Assembly (NCBI GenBank): GCA_002269645.1
Contig: NIVC01000350.1
Coordinates: 496,001-560,000 of the forward strand
Reading direction: 5' to 3'
Source: Macrostomum lignano
Taxonomy: Eukaryota
Length of the DNA stretch: 64,000 nucleotides
Each line of letters opens with the position of its first letter. Position 1 is the stretch's first letter. The notes beneath the pieces were generated by a model, which was not told the DNA's origin, ran no database searches, and saw only the letters and a program-made list of their open reading frames with translations. Positions 25,378 to 38,708 of this stretch are shown piece after piece. The position numbers and the translations under genes were made by a program.

Positions 25378-26196
25378 TGGGAAAAGTAGGAGCTCTTAGT
25401 CTTAGTGCCAGTAATTAGTTAGATAGAAAAACTAAAAAAATGCGCAATTTTTCAGTACGCGGGACTTAGTACTGTTTTTTCACAAGCTGTTCAGAGGTAG
25501 TCGCGCCACTAAATGTGGTGTACATTTAATACGCGCTGCGCTAGAACTATCAGCAATGTTGCGTGTACACGGGCAAGTATTTTCAAATGAACCTAACCCT
25601 CTCCACTACCCTTACTATTGGTTTTCTTCTCTTCTTGGACAGAGAGAGAGAGAGAGAAAGTACGTAGAGGGGTGAGAGACAAGAGAGCGACCAGGGCCGC
25701 CCAGGGATTAGACAGTGACGAGTGAACTAGTGACAAATTAAGGTCTTTAGGACATTTTAACGAGTAGCACTGTCGGCCGAGGGAGCTAATCTGTCTGGTA
25801 TTGTGCGTGTAGCATATAGATGTAGCTATGGCTATAATAAAACATTCGACCTTCGTGTGTTACCGCAAGGTTCTGTGTTTTATTTCAATTAGCTACTCAT
25901 ATGCCTATTTAAGAGCACAGGTTGGAAAGTTGCATATAATGTCAGCTAACTGCGCTCGTATGAACTGACTGAGTAGCGGAATCCAATTTTCTAAATGTGC
26001 CCCGAGCAGGGACCGCTAATTTTATTGGATAATATATTATCCAAATAGTTGTACCGTATACCGGTATATATGTACCGTATATATGTACCGTATATATGTA
26101 CCATATACCGTGTTATATTCCAGTCTGATGAAATGCGAATCTTTTGACAACCCGCGGGCTTATCTAGATAGGTTAATTGATTTGTTCAAGCCTTTC

Positions 26197-26812
26197 TTTC
26201 ATTTGGGACGCCTCCTACTCTCATTTGGGACGCCTCCTACTCTCATTTGGGACGCCTCCTACTCTCATTTGGGACGCCTCCTACTCTCATTTGGGACGCC
26301 TCCTACTCTCATTTGGGACGCCTCCTACTCTCATTTGGGACGCCTCCTACTCTCATTTGGGACGCCTCCTACTCTCATTTGGGACGCCTCCTACTCTCAT
26401 TTGGGACGCCTCCTACTCTCATTTGGGACGCCTCCTACTCTCATTTGGGACGCCTCCTACTCTCAGTTGGGACGCCTCCTACTCTCAGTTGGGACGCCTC
26501 CTACTCTCAGTTGGGACGCCTCCTACTCTCAGTTGGGACGCCTCCTACTCTCAGTTGGGACGCCTCCTACTCTCATTTGGGACGCCTCCTACTCTCATTT
26601 GGGACGCCTCCTACTCTCATTTGGGACGCCTCCTACTCTCAGTTGGGAGTGCCTTCTACTCTCAGTTGGGACGCCTTCTACTCTCAGTTGGGACGCCTTC
26701 TACTCTCAGTTGGGAGTGCCTCCTACTCTCAGTTGGGAGTGCCTTCTACTCTCAGTTGGGAGTGCCTTCTACTCTCAGTTGGGAGTGCCTTCTACTCTCA
26801 GTTGAGAGTGCC
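26197..26812. repeat. 22-bp minisatellite GGGACGCCTCCTACTCTCATTT (~28 copies) with a polar gradient of variants
   Basis: CATTT changes to CAGTT, then GACGCC to GAGTGCC, toward the right end. Confidence 0.95.
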
Positions 26813-27533
26813 TCCTCAATCTATGTACTCTATCTATTATTGGCTACCTACATCACTAAAATGTTATCCATCGATCATTCTATAAAAGAAATCCATTTCT
26901 AACTTGTAACTATTCAACATAAAACGCCTACACTAGACGATTCAAACCGCCAGTCATACTTTAAAAAACCTAGCGCTGACCTTATGACCATGTCGTGCAC
27001 GTGACTATCTGATCGTGAGCCATAATTTGTCTAAAAGTACAAGCGATTATAATTCACTCTTCTCATAGAGGGTCTGAAGACTCTTTTGGGAAGACAGTTA
27101 GTTCTACCGAAGTACATGCAGCTTCGATATCTGAAGGCCTTATCTCAATGCGTACCTACGCTCGTACATAGATTAATTCCTAGTCGTGCCTGAAGGAGGA
27201 ACTCTATCAAATACCTCAGCGCACTAGTGTAAGTAGACGCATTAGTGAGGGAGTTACTCCTCTCCCCAGCTTTGCCTCCAAAGAACAAAGGTTCCTATTT
27301 GTCGACACATTCTTCATCGGAGCAAGGTCCGGAGTCCCCAGAGGACCTAGTCGCGCTCTCCTACGTGAGTCAAATATCCACGAGTAAATATATTTGAAGG
27401 AACTGGCTGCGGCTCGGTCTCTTAAGTTCTTCTGATTTTATCGACACACTCATCATAGATAGCAAAACTACGAGCTGTTTAAGATCGCAACTTATTGAAA
27501 TTCTTCTCAATACGGTATGCGGACTTACACCTA

Positions 27534-28046
27534 AAGGCAAGGTGAAAGGGTCACCACTCGGATCAACCAGTGGGTGGCTTCAAAGCACAGGGAGAGGTGG
27601 GATAAACGCCCCGACTGCCGGCAATCCCGCGCGGCTATCCCCTGTCCTTCCTCCGCCCTGCGCAGGGACCTGCTTGGACTCAACCGCAGGGACATCAGGG
27701 CGGTGACCATGGCCCTCTCGGGTATTTGGTTGTTTTGCCAGGCATCGTCACCTCCAGAGAAAAATCCGCAGTGAGGAATGCCCATTCTGCCTCTCCGGTG
27801 TCGAGACTTCATCTGTGAATGCCCCACCTTTACTCAGGACAGGCTCATCTACCTCGGCCCAAACCCGGACCTCTCCGACGATTTCAGGCCCGAGAATCTC
27901 TGTCAGCTCGTCCGCTACCTAAGGGCTACCGCAGCACTAGCTGCCCGTGGTCGCCAGGGTTAGCGAAATGGGCGGCAACGCCTCCTCGCTGCATCCGGAT
28001 GCACCGAGCCCCCTGCAGCTGAGTCAATAAGGCAAGGTGAACGGGT
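27534..28046 (+). mobile_element. 5'-truncated LINE (I/Loa/R1-like ORF2 C-terminus with CCHC knuckle) between 18-bp direct repeats
   Basis: [11 protein letters not shown]...[18 protein letters not shown], then CPFCLSGVET..FICECPTF...YLG across frameshifts; aaggcaaggtgaa(a/c)gggt at 27534-27551 and 28029-28046. Confidence 0.75.
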
Positions 28047-28497
28047 ATTTAAACTGCAGTTTTATCTGCAGCCATGGACTCCATTAGAAATTTGTATGCC
28101 ATCAGCTTGCCGTCAGTTTTAAGGCACACAGGCGCAGGCTGAACTTCAAAAATGGCTCGCCTCGCTCAAACAAATTGCGCAGTTTTGTCCAGCTGAAATG
28201 ATAATAATTCTCAGTTTATCAGTTGCAGCCGCGGAGGGAGGGAGATTAAATCTGGTTGCAGCAGGCTTGAACTGCAGACCCTGACCGACGCCCAGGGGTC
28301 ACTTTCTATCGCTGCAACTCTTACAGCTGGAAAAGATTAGCTCTGGATACGGGCTCTGCTTATTTCTTAATAAACACAAGTTTTACCTTGAGAAAATTTC
28401 GCAGCAAAAACTTGCGCTGCATGCAGGCTGGCGCGCAGTTCTGACGCGAATTTTCACCAACTTGCACTAACAACAGTCTCCGTTCTGCTATTGGGAA

Positions 28498-31400
28498 ATG
28501 AGAAATCTCTTGCTAGCTGCGGTGGCGACTCTGCTGCTTTGCAGTTGCTCAGCCGCTCAGCGAGAGGCCACCTCGTGCGGCTACAATGCCTGCCCGAAAC
28601 CGGTGCCCGGCAGGTACAATGTGCACCTGGTGCCGCACACGCACGACGACGTTGGCTGGCTGAGGACAGTCGATCAGTACTACTACTATGAAGTGCAGTT
28701 CATTATTGACACAGTCATTGAGGAGCTGCTGGATAATCCGGAGAGAAAATTCACGTACGTTGAGATGGCCTACTTCTTCAGGTGGTGGCGAGAGCAGAGT
28801 GCCGATAAACAGGCAAAGGTGAGTAAAAAATTAAGATGTCAGCTACTAGAGAGTCAGATACCAGAGAGTCAGATACCAGAGAGTCAGATACCAGAGTCAG
28901 ATATCAGAAAGTCAGATACCAGAGAGTCAGATACCAGAGAGTCAGATACCAGAGAGTCAGATACCAGAGAGTCAGATACCAGAGAGTCAGATACCAGAGA
29001 GTCAGATACCAGAGAGTCAGATACCAGAGAGTCAGATACCAGAGAGTCAGATACCAGAGAGTCAGATACCAGAGAGTCAGATACCAGAGAGTCAGATACC
29101 AGAGAGTCAGATACCAGAGAGTCAGATACCAGAGAGTCAGATACCAGAGAGTCAGATACCAGAGAGTCAGATACCAGAGAGTCAGATACCAGAGAGTCAG
29201 ATACCAGAAAGTCAGATACCAGAAAGTCAGATACCAGAGAGTCAGTTGTCCAAGAGTCTTAATTGTCAGCGGCACCAGTTAATCCGCTCAGAAATTAACA
29301 AACACATGGCTTATCGGGATGCAACAGAATTCCACAAAATTCTTCTGAGACTAATTCTCCCAGTTCCCCCACAACTCCCGCAGGTGAAGCAGCTGGTGAA
29401 GAACGGCCAGCTGCAGTTCGCACTGGGCGGCTGGTGCATGGATGACGAGGCGACCACCCACTACGTGGACATCATCGACCAGCACACGCAGGGCCTCAGG
29501 TTTCTCAACGACACGTTCGGCGACTGCGGCCGGCCTCGGGTTGCCTGGCAAGTGGACCCGTTCGGACACAGCAAGGAGCACACGGCAATGCTGGCGCAGA
29601 TGGGCTTCGACGGACTGTACTATGGCCGCATCGACTATCAGGACCAGGCGTTAAGGCGGAAAACGCGGCGTATGGAGATGGTATGTCGGCAACGAGGCTG
29701 GGACGCTGAGAGATTCATAGGACGCCGGGAGATTCGTAGGACACCGGGAGATTCGTAGGACACCAGGAGATTCGTAGGACACCAGGAGATTCGTAGGACA
29801 CCAGGAGATTCGTAGGACACCAGGAGATTCGTAGGACACCAGGAGATTCGTAGGACACCAGGAGATTCGTAGGATACCAGGAGATTCGTAGGACACCAGG
29901 AGATTCGTAGGACACGTAGGACACTCTTAGACACTAAGAGTCAAGCACTATTAGACACAAGAGTCAAGCACTACTAGATACTAAGAGTCAGACACAGAGA
30001 CTCAGACCCCCCCTAATCCCCCTCGACGCAACGAATCAGGTGTGGCAGGCCAGCCAGGACATCGGCAGTCCCCGGGCAGACCTGTTCTCGGGCAAGCTGT
30101 ACGATGGTTACTGCCAGCCGGGAGGTTTCGGCTTCGAGTACGGCGATGAGCCAGTACAAGACGATCCGCAACTCTACGACTACAACGTGGAGCAGAAGGT
30201 CAAGCAGTTCGTCGACATGGTGAACAGTCGCCGCCAAGTGTACAGCTCAGACCATCTCATGCTGACTATGGGCTGCGACTTTCAATACCAGAACGCGCGC
30301 AAGAACTTCAAGATCTACGACAAGCTGATCAAGGCGGTAAATGCGCGCACCGCCGCGCATAACATCACCGTGTACTACAGCACGCCCAGCTGCTACACCA
30401 AGTCTGTGCACGATCAGAACCTGATGTGGACAGTTAAGAGCGACGACTTCTTTCCGTACGCGCACCAGGCTCACGCATTCTGGACCGGCTACTTCACTAG
30501 CCGGGCGGCGCTCAAGCGCTACGTGCGAACCGCCTCGAACCAATTCCAGGCGATCAAGCAGACGTCCTGTCTGGCTGGACTGCAGCGGGCGGGGCCGCAG
30601 TTGGAGGCCAAGCTCGATCTGTTGCGTCAGGCTATGGGAGTTGTGCAGCATCACGATGGAGTGTCTGGTGAGTGAAACGGGAAAATAGGGCGCCAAATGT
30701 AGGAGATTAGGTACTACGCTCGTACTGGTAGGGTAATCGAATAAAAGATGCAGAGTACTTTCTCCGCTTTTCGCTTTAAATAGAATCCACACACCCGAGT
30801 ACAGTACATTGTATGTCACGGTGACGGTGTCACGGTGTGCAACTTTTTCACTGACTTCTCCATTCTTGAAATCCATCCATAGACTTCATCAGCTGGCCTA
30901 TTAAGACCAGGGCTAGATTACACCCAATAGCTAGAACTGAACAGAAAATCTAACTTATACTTTACGCTCTCCCTTGGTGCGACTTCTTCGCCAGCCACGC
31001 AAGCATTTTACACCACACTCGACATGTATACATGTACTAGTACTGATAGTTATCAGTACTCGAAATCCGACACGTCCATCTACCTTCTAGGTACGGAGAA
31101 GCAGGTGGTTGCCTATGACTACGCACTGCGAGTCTCGACTGGAATCAACCAGGCTTACTCTTTGCTGCAAAGTGCGTGGGCGAATCTCACTGGAGACAGT
31201 GCGGCATACTCAGGCATGTCTTCTTGCAGCCTGGCAAACATCTCCTACTGCCCATTCACCGACTCGAATAACAACTTCTATCTGCACTTCTATAACCCGG
31301 TGAGCCATCCGGTGTGGCACCTGGCCAGAATTCCCGTCAAAGGACGCTACTACGTGGTCAGCAACCAGCAGGGCCAGGCGGTGACTTCGCAGACAATCCC

Positions 31401-33696
31401 GGTTAACAACGGCACTCTTCGGGTGCCGGAACGGGCTGGGGCAAAGTCCTCGTACGAGCTGGTGTTCAACGTGTCCACCATCCCCGCCATGGGATTCGTT
31501 GTTTACCGAGTGGCCGCCGCCGCTCCCGGCTCGCCCGGTGTCTCCACGTTCACGCCGATCCAGTCAGTGTTCATGGACTCCAAACCGGCTGACGGCGAAC
31601 TGGATTGGCGCGATGGTGGCTCCGAGTCGCTCAATGAGCGGGAAAGCTTGGACTACCGGCCCGTATTCGCCCCGTTGAAGCGGGACGACGTGATCGAGTT
31701 TTCTCAATTAAAAGAAGCGAAAAAGTCAAATCCAATCGGCGATAGCAAAATGTCCTACATGGCTTACTATTACGGATATCCGGGCAACAATTCTGCGCCA
31801 GAGTTCACAGCGTCTGGAGCTTACCTGTTCCGGTGAGGTCCCGGGCGATTCTGGGTGGCTTCTCTTTCTTTAATTTCGATCACAACTACGAGCGTAGCTC
31901 GTAGCTCAAAGCATTTAGTGTGGCTTTGCATTTTTCTCGCTACTGGTTACTACACAATCTGTGATAAAAGCCAACTATCCAACCCGATTCCAGACCAACC
32001 AAACAGACCCCCGAACGGTTCTCACTTGAGGAGATCGCCAGCGTAACTGGTCCAGTGGTAAACGAAACCCATGTGGTTTGGTCCAACTGGACCTACCAAG
32101 TCCTGCGTAAATTCGCTAACAACGGCGACTCGCTGCAGTACAGTGAGAACGAACTCACCGTGGGCCCGATCCCCTACGATGCAAACACGGGGCGAGAGGT
32201 GATCGTCCGCTACAATACGCAACTGAACAGCTCGGCAACTTTCTACACTGACGCCAACGGCCGGCAGGTGCTCCGTCGAGTGCGCGATTACCGACCTACA
32301 TGGCCGTTGCAGCAGACGGAGAACGTGTCCGGAAACTACTATCCAATCAATAGCCAGATCTTTCTTAACCAGAGCGATGGATCCTCGTTCATGGTGCTCA
32401 CCGACAGGAGCGAGGGAGGCGGCAGCATCAATGATGGACAGATTGAGGTGAAATAATTGATTTAGAATAAAGTTCTCTGCCCTTGCGCTTTCAACCTCAT
32501 CTCATTATATCCATTTTCGAGCTGCCTCTGAGGGATGCGAGAGCATCCGTTTTCTGACTCGGAATCTATAGGAGCTGATTTTTTTATAAGTGCCGCCTAA
32601 AGGTGTGCGTTCTGACAACTTTCCCCCTGTGGCCACTTCAAGGACGACTGAAGTAATTTACTTACTTAAGTAGTCCTTGGGACACTTGTGGTCGGTGCAA
32701 GGTGTACCTAGTTGTTGTTGTTGTTGTTGTTGTTTTTGTTGTTGTTATTGTTGTTGTTCAATATCAGCCCTGTACGCTGTGAGACTGTGCCTTCATTTAC
32801 GAGTAAGTTTGGCCCTCGTAGGAGTTAGTAGTAGGGTTTGTATTTCAAGTATAACGTAAGAGAATCGGAGCCAAGTTTGCGGGTCCACTCATGGAATTGA
32901 GTCCGAGGGTTCTTTGACACAAGAGAACGACCTATGAGTTACCCACCCGTCACTGGTTATTTTTACTGTTTTTCAAGCAGCAAAATCTAAAGTAGCTAGA
33001 TGAATACTTTAGCTGATAGCTGCACCACATGGTGAGCAGATATACATCTAATTAAGCCAAATACGATCTCAATGCCGACCGGACCCACAGATCATGCTCC
33101 ACCGAATCACTGTTCGCGACGACGCTCTTGGCGTTGGCGAGGCGCTGCAAGAGAAAGGCAGCGACGGTCGCGGCCTGGTTGTCAAGGTGACGCACTGGCT
33201 CGCAGCCGACCAGTCGCTGCCGTCCTCCAGCCGGCGCCGACGTGAGCTGGCCAATCGGCGCTACCGGGAGCCGCTGATTGGCTACCTGACCGCCGAGCCC
33301 AAGGTCAAGAGCTGGAGCGGACTGCGACGGCCCCTGCCTGAGAACGTCCAGGTGGTGACGCTGGACGACTGGCGGGGACCGAACACGAAGCTGCTGCGCC
33401 TGGAGCACCTGTACCAGATTGGCGAGCACCCCGCTCTCTCCCAGCCCGTCACCGTGGCCCTGGGCCAGCTATTCGCCACCTTCAACATCCTCAGCGCGAC
33501 AGAGCTGACTCTGGCTGCCAATCAGAATCTGAACTCGGCACAGCGGCTTCAATGGCGAACACCCGCAGGCGGCGGCACAACTGTCGGAGACGCAGCCAGG
33601 GAGGCGGAGGAGCGGCTGCAGCTGGAGCAGGACATAACAGTGACGCTGCGGCCGATGCAGATTCGCACCTTTGTTGTACAGGTGCAATATCTGTGA
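28498..33696 (+). CDS. MAN2B1: Lysosomal alpha-mannosidase (GH38); exons 28498-28818, 29384-29680, 30040-30667, 31091-31832, 31994-32447, 33091-33696
   Basis: Signal peptide; [138 protein letters not shown] junctions splice in frame. Confidence 0.95.
28848..29245. repeat. 15-bp minisatellite GAGAGTCAGATACCA in mannosidase intron 1
   Basis: About 26 near-perfect copies (source of the DTRES pseudo-ORF extension). Confidence 0.95.
29705..29925. repeat. 19-bp minisatellite CCAGGAGATTCGTAGGACA in mannosidase intron 2
   Basis: About 11 copies starting ~25 nt after the donor. Confidence 0.95.
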
Positions 33697-36010
33697 GCCG
33701 TTGGTCCTAATGGCTGAAAACACTGACTGAATTGTTGGTTTTGATTCCGTTCATTAAAATTATTTGAGCTTATGTACTTTTTGAATCTTAGATGAAAATT
33801 TTAGTAGATGAAAATAGTCACGTAGAAATAATAGGCTTCTGAAATTTCACAACTTGAAACCATGAAATTTTCTAAGCTAGGAATGAATGCTTATCACACT
33901 ACTTACGCATTGATTTCCATCCTAATTTCCAATATGAATAAATTCGCCTCTACCTGGCTTTTTTGATATATGATATGTATTGATGAATACATTCAATAAA
34001 GAAAATGCAAGTATTTGCAAAATAATCGTCAGTCTGGCTTCATGTATGGTTATTGTTTCTATCTTTAAAGTTATAAGTAGAATTCTATTTAGTCAGGGCT
34101 TGGAAAAAAGCCAATCAGATGTACATTTACAAATAGTTGTCAGGTCTGGGAATCCCGGAAAAGGTTTAATAAATTAATCACATGGAAAATTCGTCGCTTT
34201 AAATTGAACGACTACTACATTAATGCATAAAACAATTGACAATTATACCCGCATTTTAGTTAAATTATTGGCAAATATTAACCGAACCGAAACAGCGAAT
34301 TTTGCACTTTTTCATCACTCATCAATGTCATCTCTGTTACAGCATATTGTTATTCAGTCACGTAGGAATGAAAAAATTGCATGGTTCATAAAACCAATGA
34401 TCCGAGCCGTGCCAATTTAATGCTGTTTAGGCACAGGACAGGACTGTACGACTGTGCGTAGAATAAAGATTATCATTGAATCCTAATTTTGAACAAAAAG
34501 CATTATGAATATCAATAGAGCTATTAGAGAGGCACAACATACCAAAAGATGAACATTGGGTCTGGCTGTTATAGAAAGCAATAACATTTTGTGCTGGAAA
34601 AATGAAAACTTTCTATCTCCGTAGTGTATTTTAAGGAAAGAACCTGCCTCCTAAAATTTTCAAAGAAACGAGGTTTCCTGTCTTACTAGAGTAGTCATGA
34701 TAGTTCATTGATTAAAAATAAGGTCAAAGGCACCATTAAAATCTGCCGTACAAGATTACGCTATAAGATTAAAACTAAATAAAAAATAATTGATGTTTAA
34801 AATTTTATTTAGACAAAGCTGATAAATGCATAAAAATAAATTATATGAGCAAAAAACCAAATATTATAATATTTTTATTATTCAGTTCAGGCTGCTTAAA
34901 AATACGCAAAAAGCAAAAAACTAGAAAGTCCAATATAACATAGTCATAGAGAGATCAGGGGAGACACACTACTACATGTATTTTGCAATATCCAGTCATC
35001 ACATTGCATAAAAGATAAGTTAGGTAAACATTGTGAAGCCAAATGTTGCACTTCTTTCTCTTTCTCAACTGTAAATTTAACTACTAGAGAAATGACTTGT
35101 CTTTTCTAAATCAATGGTTTCTTTTAGGCCTACTAAAGACAAATATGTATTCAACCAATTAAGGCCTAATTAATTGGAATCATATTCCAACCCAATGTAT
35201 AAGATACTAGTTACAGGACGTTCATAGGCCTGCCACAGGCGATGGTGCTCTTGTTAAATGGAAAGTAAATTGTAATATTAAAATTATTATAGTTAGGCCT
35301 ATGCAAATAAGTTTGCCAAAAAGGCCTGAACAATTAAAATAATTATATTATTTATAATTTACTGACTGATTCACTGCAATAAGGCTTTTTAATTTAAATT
35401 ATTGACAGACATCTAACTAGGATCACTGTCATTAATCAGTCCATAATACAATTTATAAGTACATAGTACATACCAATTTGTATTAGGGCCTATATTATAT
35501 GAAAAAATTCAAATAAAATATTGAAAATATTAATAAAATGGGCACATACCAAGATTGGCACATACCAAGATTGCCATAGCTCTTATTGGTTATTGGAATT
35601 GAAAGAGAGGAGGGCTCATAGGTATAATTCTCTTCTCTATATGACTAGGCCCTATAGTAGCAGCCTTGTTTTGATAGTTCTTCCTACCTTCCCTCTTACC
35701 TTTTACTAGTCTCCAATACTAGGCCTATCCAATAACACATATAGTCTAATTCTTTCCTTTACCTTAGCTCCTCTAAGTATAATAGTCTTGGTATATAGCA
35801 GTCTTCTTAGTGCTATACTATAAAATGTATTGTAAAAAGATTTTTTAAAGAAGCTTTTTGAGATATTTTAATTAAATTTGACCTTGAAATAGCAGTTGAA
35901 CTTATATAGTCAATATATTATTTGTATAAAAAGCTTTGTCAAACATTTGCTAATCTTGTTAATTTAAAAAAATTCTAATATAAATACTTAGGCACTTTCT
36001 AAACACACAT

Positions 36011-36714
36011 GCGCAACTTTGGGAATCACCTGGCCATTTCTATTGGCAACACACACATGTAAGTCGCTAATGTATTGGTTTCCCGACAGACATTCAGACA
36101 GACATTCAGAAATCGTTCAGTAAATGTTTAACAAAATTGTCTATTTATTACGCAAGATACTGTGAATTTATAGAAACTTTTACACATGTCTCTGCTTTAA
36201 AAAGACACCTCAGACACACACAAAGACGCTTCACAAGCTGAGATATTCCCTAGCAACTGTTGTTACAACGTTTCCCAATATACTGAATACTGTATATAGT
36301 AGTTTTTTGAGAAGCCGCTGTGCAAATTTCATGCAGAAAGACCAAAGTGGGACGATGTAGCGGCTTCTCAAAAAACTACTATATACAGTATTCAGTATAT
36401 TGGGAAACGTTGTAACAACAGTTGCTAGGGAATATCTCAGCTTGTGAAGCGTCTTTGTGTGTGTCTGAGGTGTCTTTTTAAAGCAGAGACATGCGTAAAA
36501 GTTTCTATAAATTCACAGTATCTTGCGTAATAAATAGACAATTTTGTTAAACATTTACTGAACGATTTCTGAATGTCTGTCTGAATGTCTGTCGGGAAAC
36601 CAATACATAAGTCGCTATTGGCTGAGAGCAGTCATGTGACTACTATTCTGTCCAATAGTGACTTACATGTATGTGTTGCCAATAGAAATGGCCGGGTGAA
36701 TCCCAATGTTGCGC
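36011..36714. mobile_element. Near-perfect long palindrome (foldback/MITE-like): ~310-bp arms, 39-bp spacer
   Basis: 36011-36319 is the reverse complement of 36359-36714, apart from a few mismatches and an extra hairpin insert in the right arm. Confidence 0.9.
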
Positions 36715-36765
36715 CTAAGCATATTTCTAAAGCTATATGTCAAAAGGGCAATAGATCAAAATGGC

Positions 36766-37604
36766 CAGTGTTGGGCAAGTTACTCAAAAAAGTAACTTGC
36801 GTTACTGTAACTTAAGTTACCAATTTTTTAAAAGTAACTTACGTTAGCCTAGTAACTTTAGACAAAAACCTGGTAACTTTTAAGTCACTGTCTTTTACTC
36901 ACTTCCGTTACCCATGTTATTAACAAAATTTTCTGCTTCTTTCACATTGCACATTTTTTTCACATTGTTGTTACTGAAATTTGCCATTGGGCATTGGGAT
37001 TATCCGATTTACAGACAGAGACAACAATTGGCGACACAATGTGAGGCAAGTAGAAAGACCAATGGGCAATAGCAATCAATAAATAAAATTATAAATGATA
37101 AAATAAACGAATATCAATAATTCAATAGAGTAAAATAAATAGAACTATATAAAATGGTATAGTGTACTGCAGTGCCAGTGGAGGTACTTGTGGAGGCTAC
37201 AGATGAATTTCTTTCTTTGGTTGTTTGTTTGAATCAAACTTGAAATTTTTTAGTAACAAAAATGAAAGGCAAAAATATTTTACCAAAATTAACACAGTAA
37301 AACATGTTTCAAGTATTTCTTTATTAATTTAGCGCAATACCATATGATACTATTCACTTAATTTTGAATTTAGAAATGAAAAATGCAAAAACATGTGACA
37401 ACCGGCGTACTAGCTAAGCATTTCAGTTTCAAATTTAAATATTACGATTGTTGCAAAGTATCTGTAACAGACTTCCAAAATTTGAGTAACTTACCGTTAC
37501 TCCGTTACTAAAATAAAAAAGTAACTTGCGTAAGGAACGCTTTATGAAAAAGTAACTTGCATTACCATTTGCAAGTTACTTGGTAACGGAAATGCCCAAC
37601 ACTG
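36766..37604. mobile_element. Non-autonomous hAT-type DNA transposon (MITE)
   Basis: TIRs CAGTGTTGGGCA / TGCCCAACACTG, subterminal GTAACT/AGTTAC repeats, 8-bp TSD aaaatggc / aaaatggt (7/8). Confidence 0.85.
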
Positions 37605-38087
37605 AAAATGGTAATAGTTAAAAGGACAATACTCAAAAAGGCAATAGTCAAGAAGGCTATAGTTTGGGTCATATATTAGTGTATGCCAGGTATAATACCA
37701 GAAAAAATTACAAGATCTCATTTGTATGCCAGGTTTGTATGCAGTATAAAAATGTCATTTGACATAATATATCTACTGTATCATATATACCAGGATATAC
37801 CCTGATGTATGCTAAAAAGTGGTAAGACCCTTATTGTTGGCATATATGTCACCTTCCAAACTATAGCAAAAGGATAATAGTCAATATATTTATTAGAATT
37901 ATAAGTTTATATGTATCATCTGTAGACTTCTATATATTAAAATGTATTTGTTAAAATGTAAAAATAGTTAAAAATAGGCCTAGATTTGTGTAAGCATTGT
38001 TCACTTATTAAAATTTATAAATAGCAGTATGCAATATATAGTCTATTTTATGATTCTTAGCTTAGCTAACTATTAAAAAGCTTTGTG

Positions 38088-38410
38088 AACATACATGCCT
38101 AACACCTATCTAACCTATTCAAACTAGACAGGTGAAATAGCTGCTGGCCAATGTAAGTTGCAAAATCAAAAATGTGAAAAATAAAAAATTGGGGGAAGAA
38201 AAGAAGGAAAGATAAAGAAAAAGAAATGAAAGGAAGGAAAAGAAGAAAAAGAAAAAAAAAGAAAAAAGGCAAGAAAAGTCATATACAAGTAAAAATTAAG
38301 TTTCAATTTGGAGAACTAAGTCATAATCAGGAGGAACCATGCATGCCTAACCTCAAAATTTCACCTGTCTGGTGCAACTTAGTTTTGTCCAGATTTGCAA
38401 CTTGCCTATA
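38088..38410. mobile_element. MITE family with TTGCAACTTAGTT repeats, copy A (inverted right half followed by a left end)
   Basis: catacatgcctaac...actagacaggtgaaat matches the reverse complement of 42120-42190; atgcctaacctcaaaatttcacctgtc matches 39211-39240. Confidence 0.7.
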
Positions 38411-38708
38411 TACTATCACACCAAAGGACCTGAGGGGGGTAGCATGCCTTGTGTGCTTATGCTTTTTTGATAAATGGAAGTACCTCATTTCTTTTCTCTT
38501 TCTCTTGCTCTTACTTTCTTTCCCAATTGATTTATCATTCACTTATTCACTTATGCAGCATTGCAATTTGCATTACTAAACTGTATTGTAGCCTATACCT
38601 TGTAGGCTATACTCTATATACTGTATTGTATATGTCTGGAAAACTAACTTGTATATGTATACATTCTTTGAGTCATTATATACTTCACTTTACTTTCACC
38701 TTACTATA

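Noticed and set aside
28819-29262. DTRES-repeat extension of mannosidase ORF 28498-29262
   Set aside because: There is a consensus donor AAG|GTGAGT at 28819, and GH38 homology resumes in frame at 29384, so the repeat is intronic
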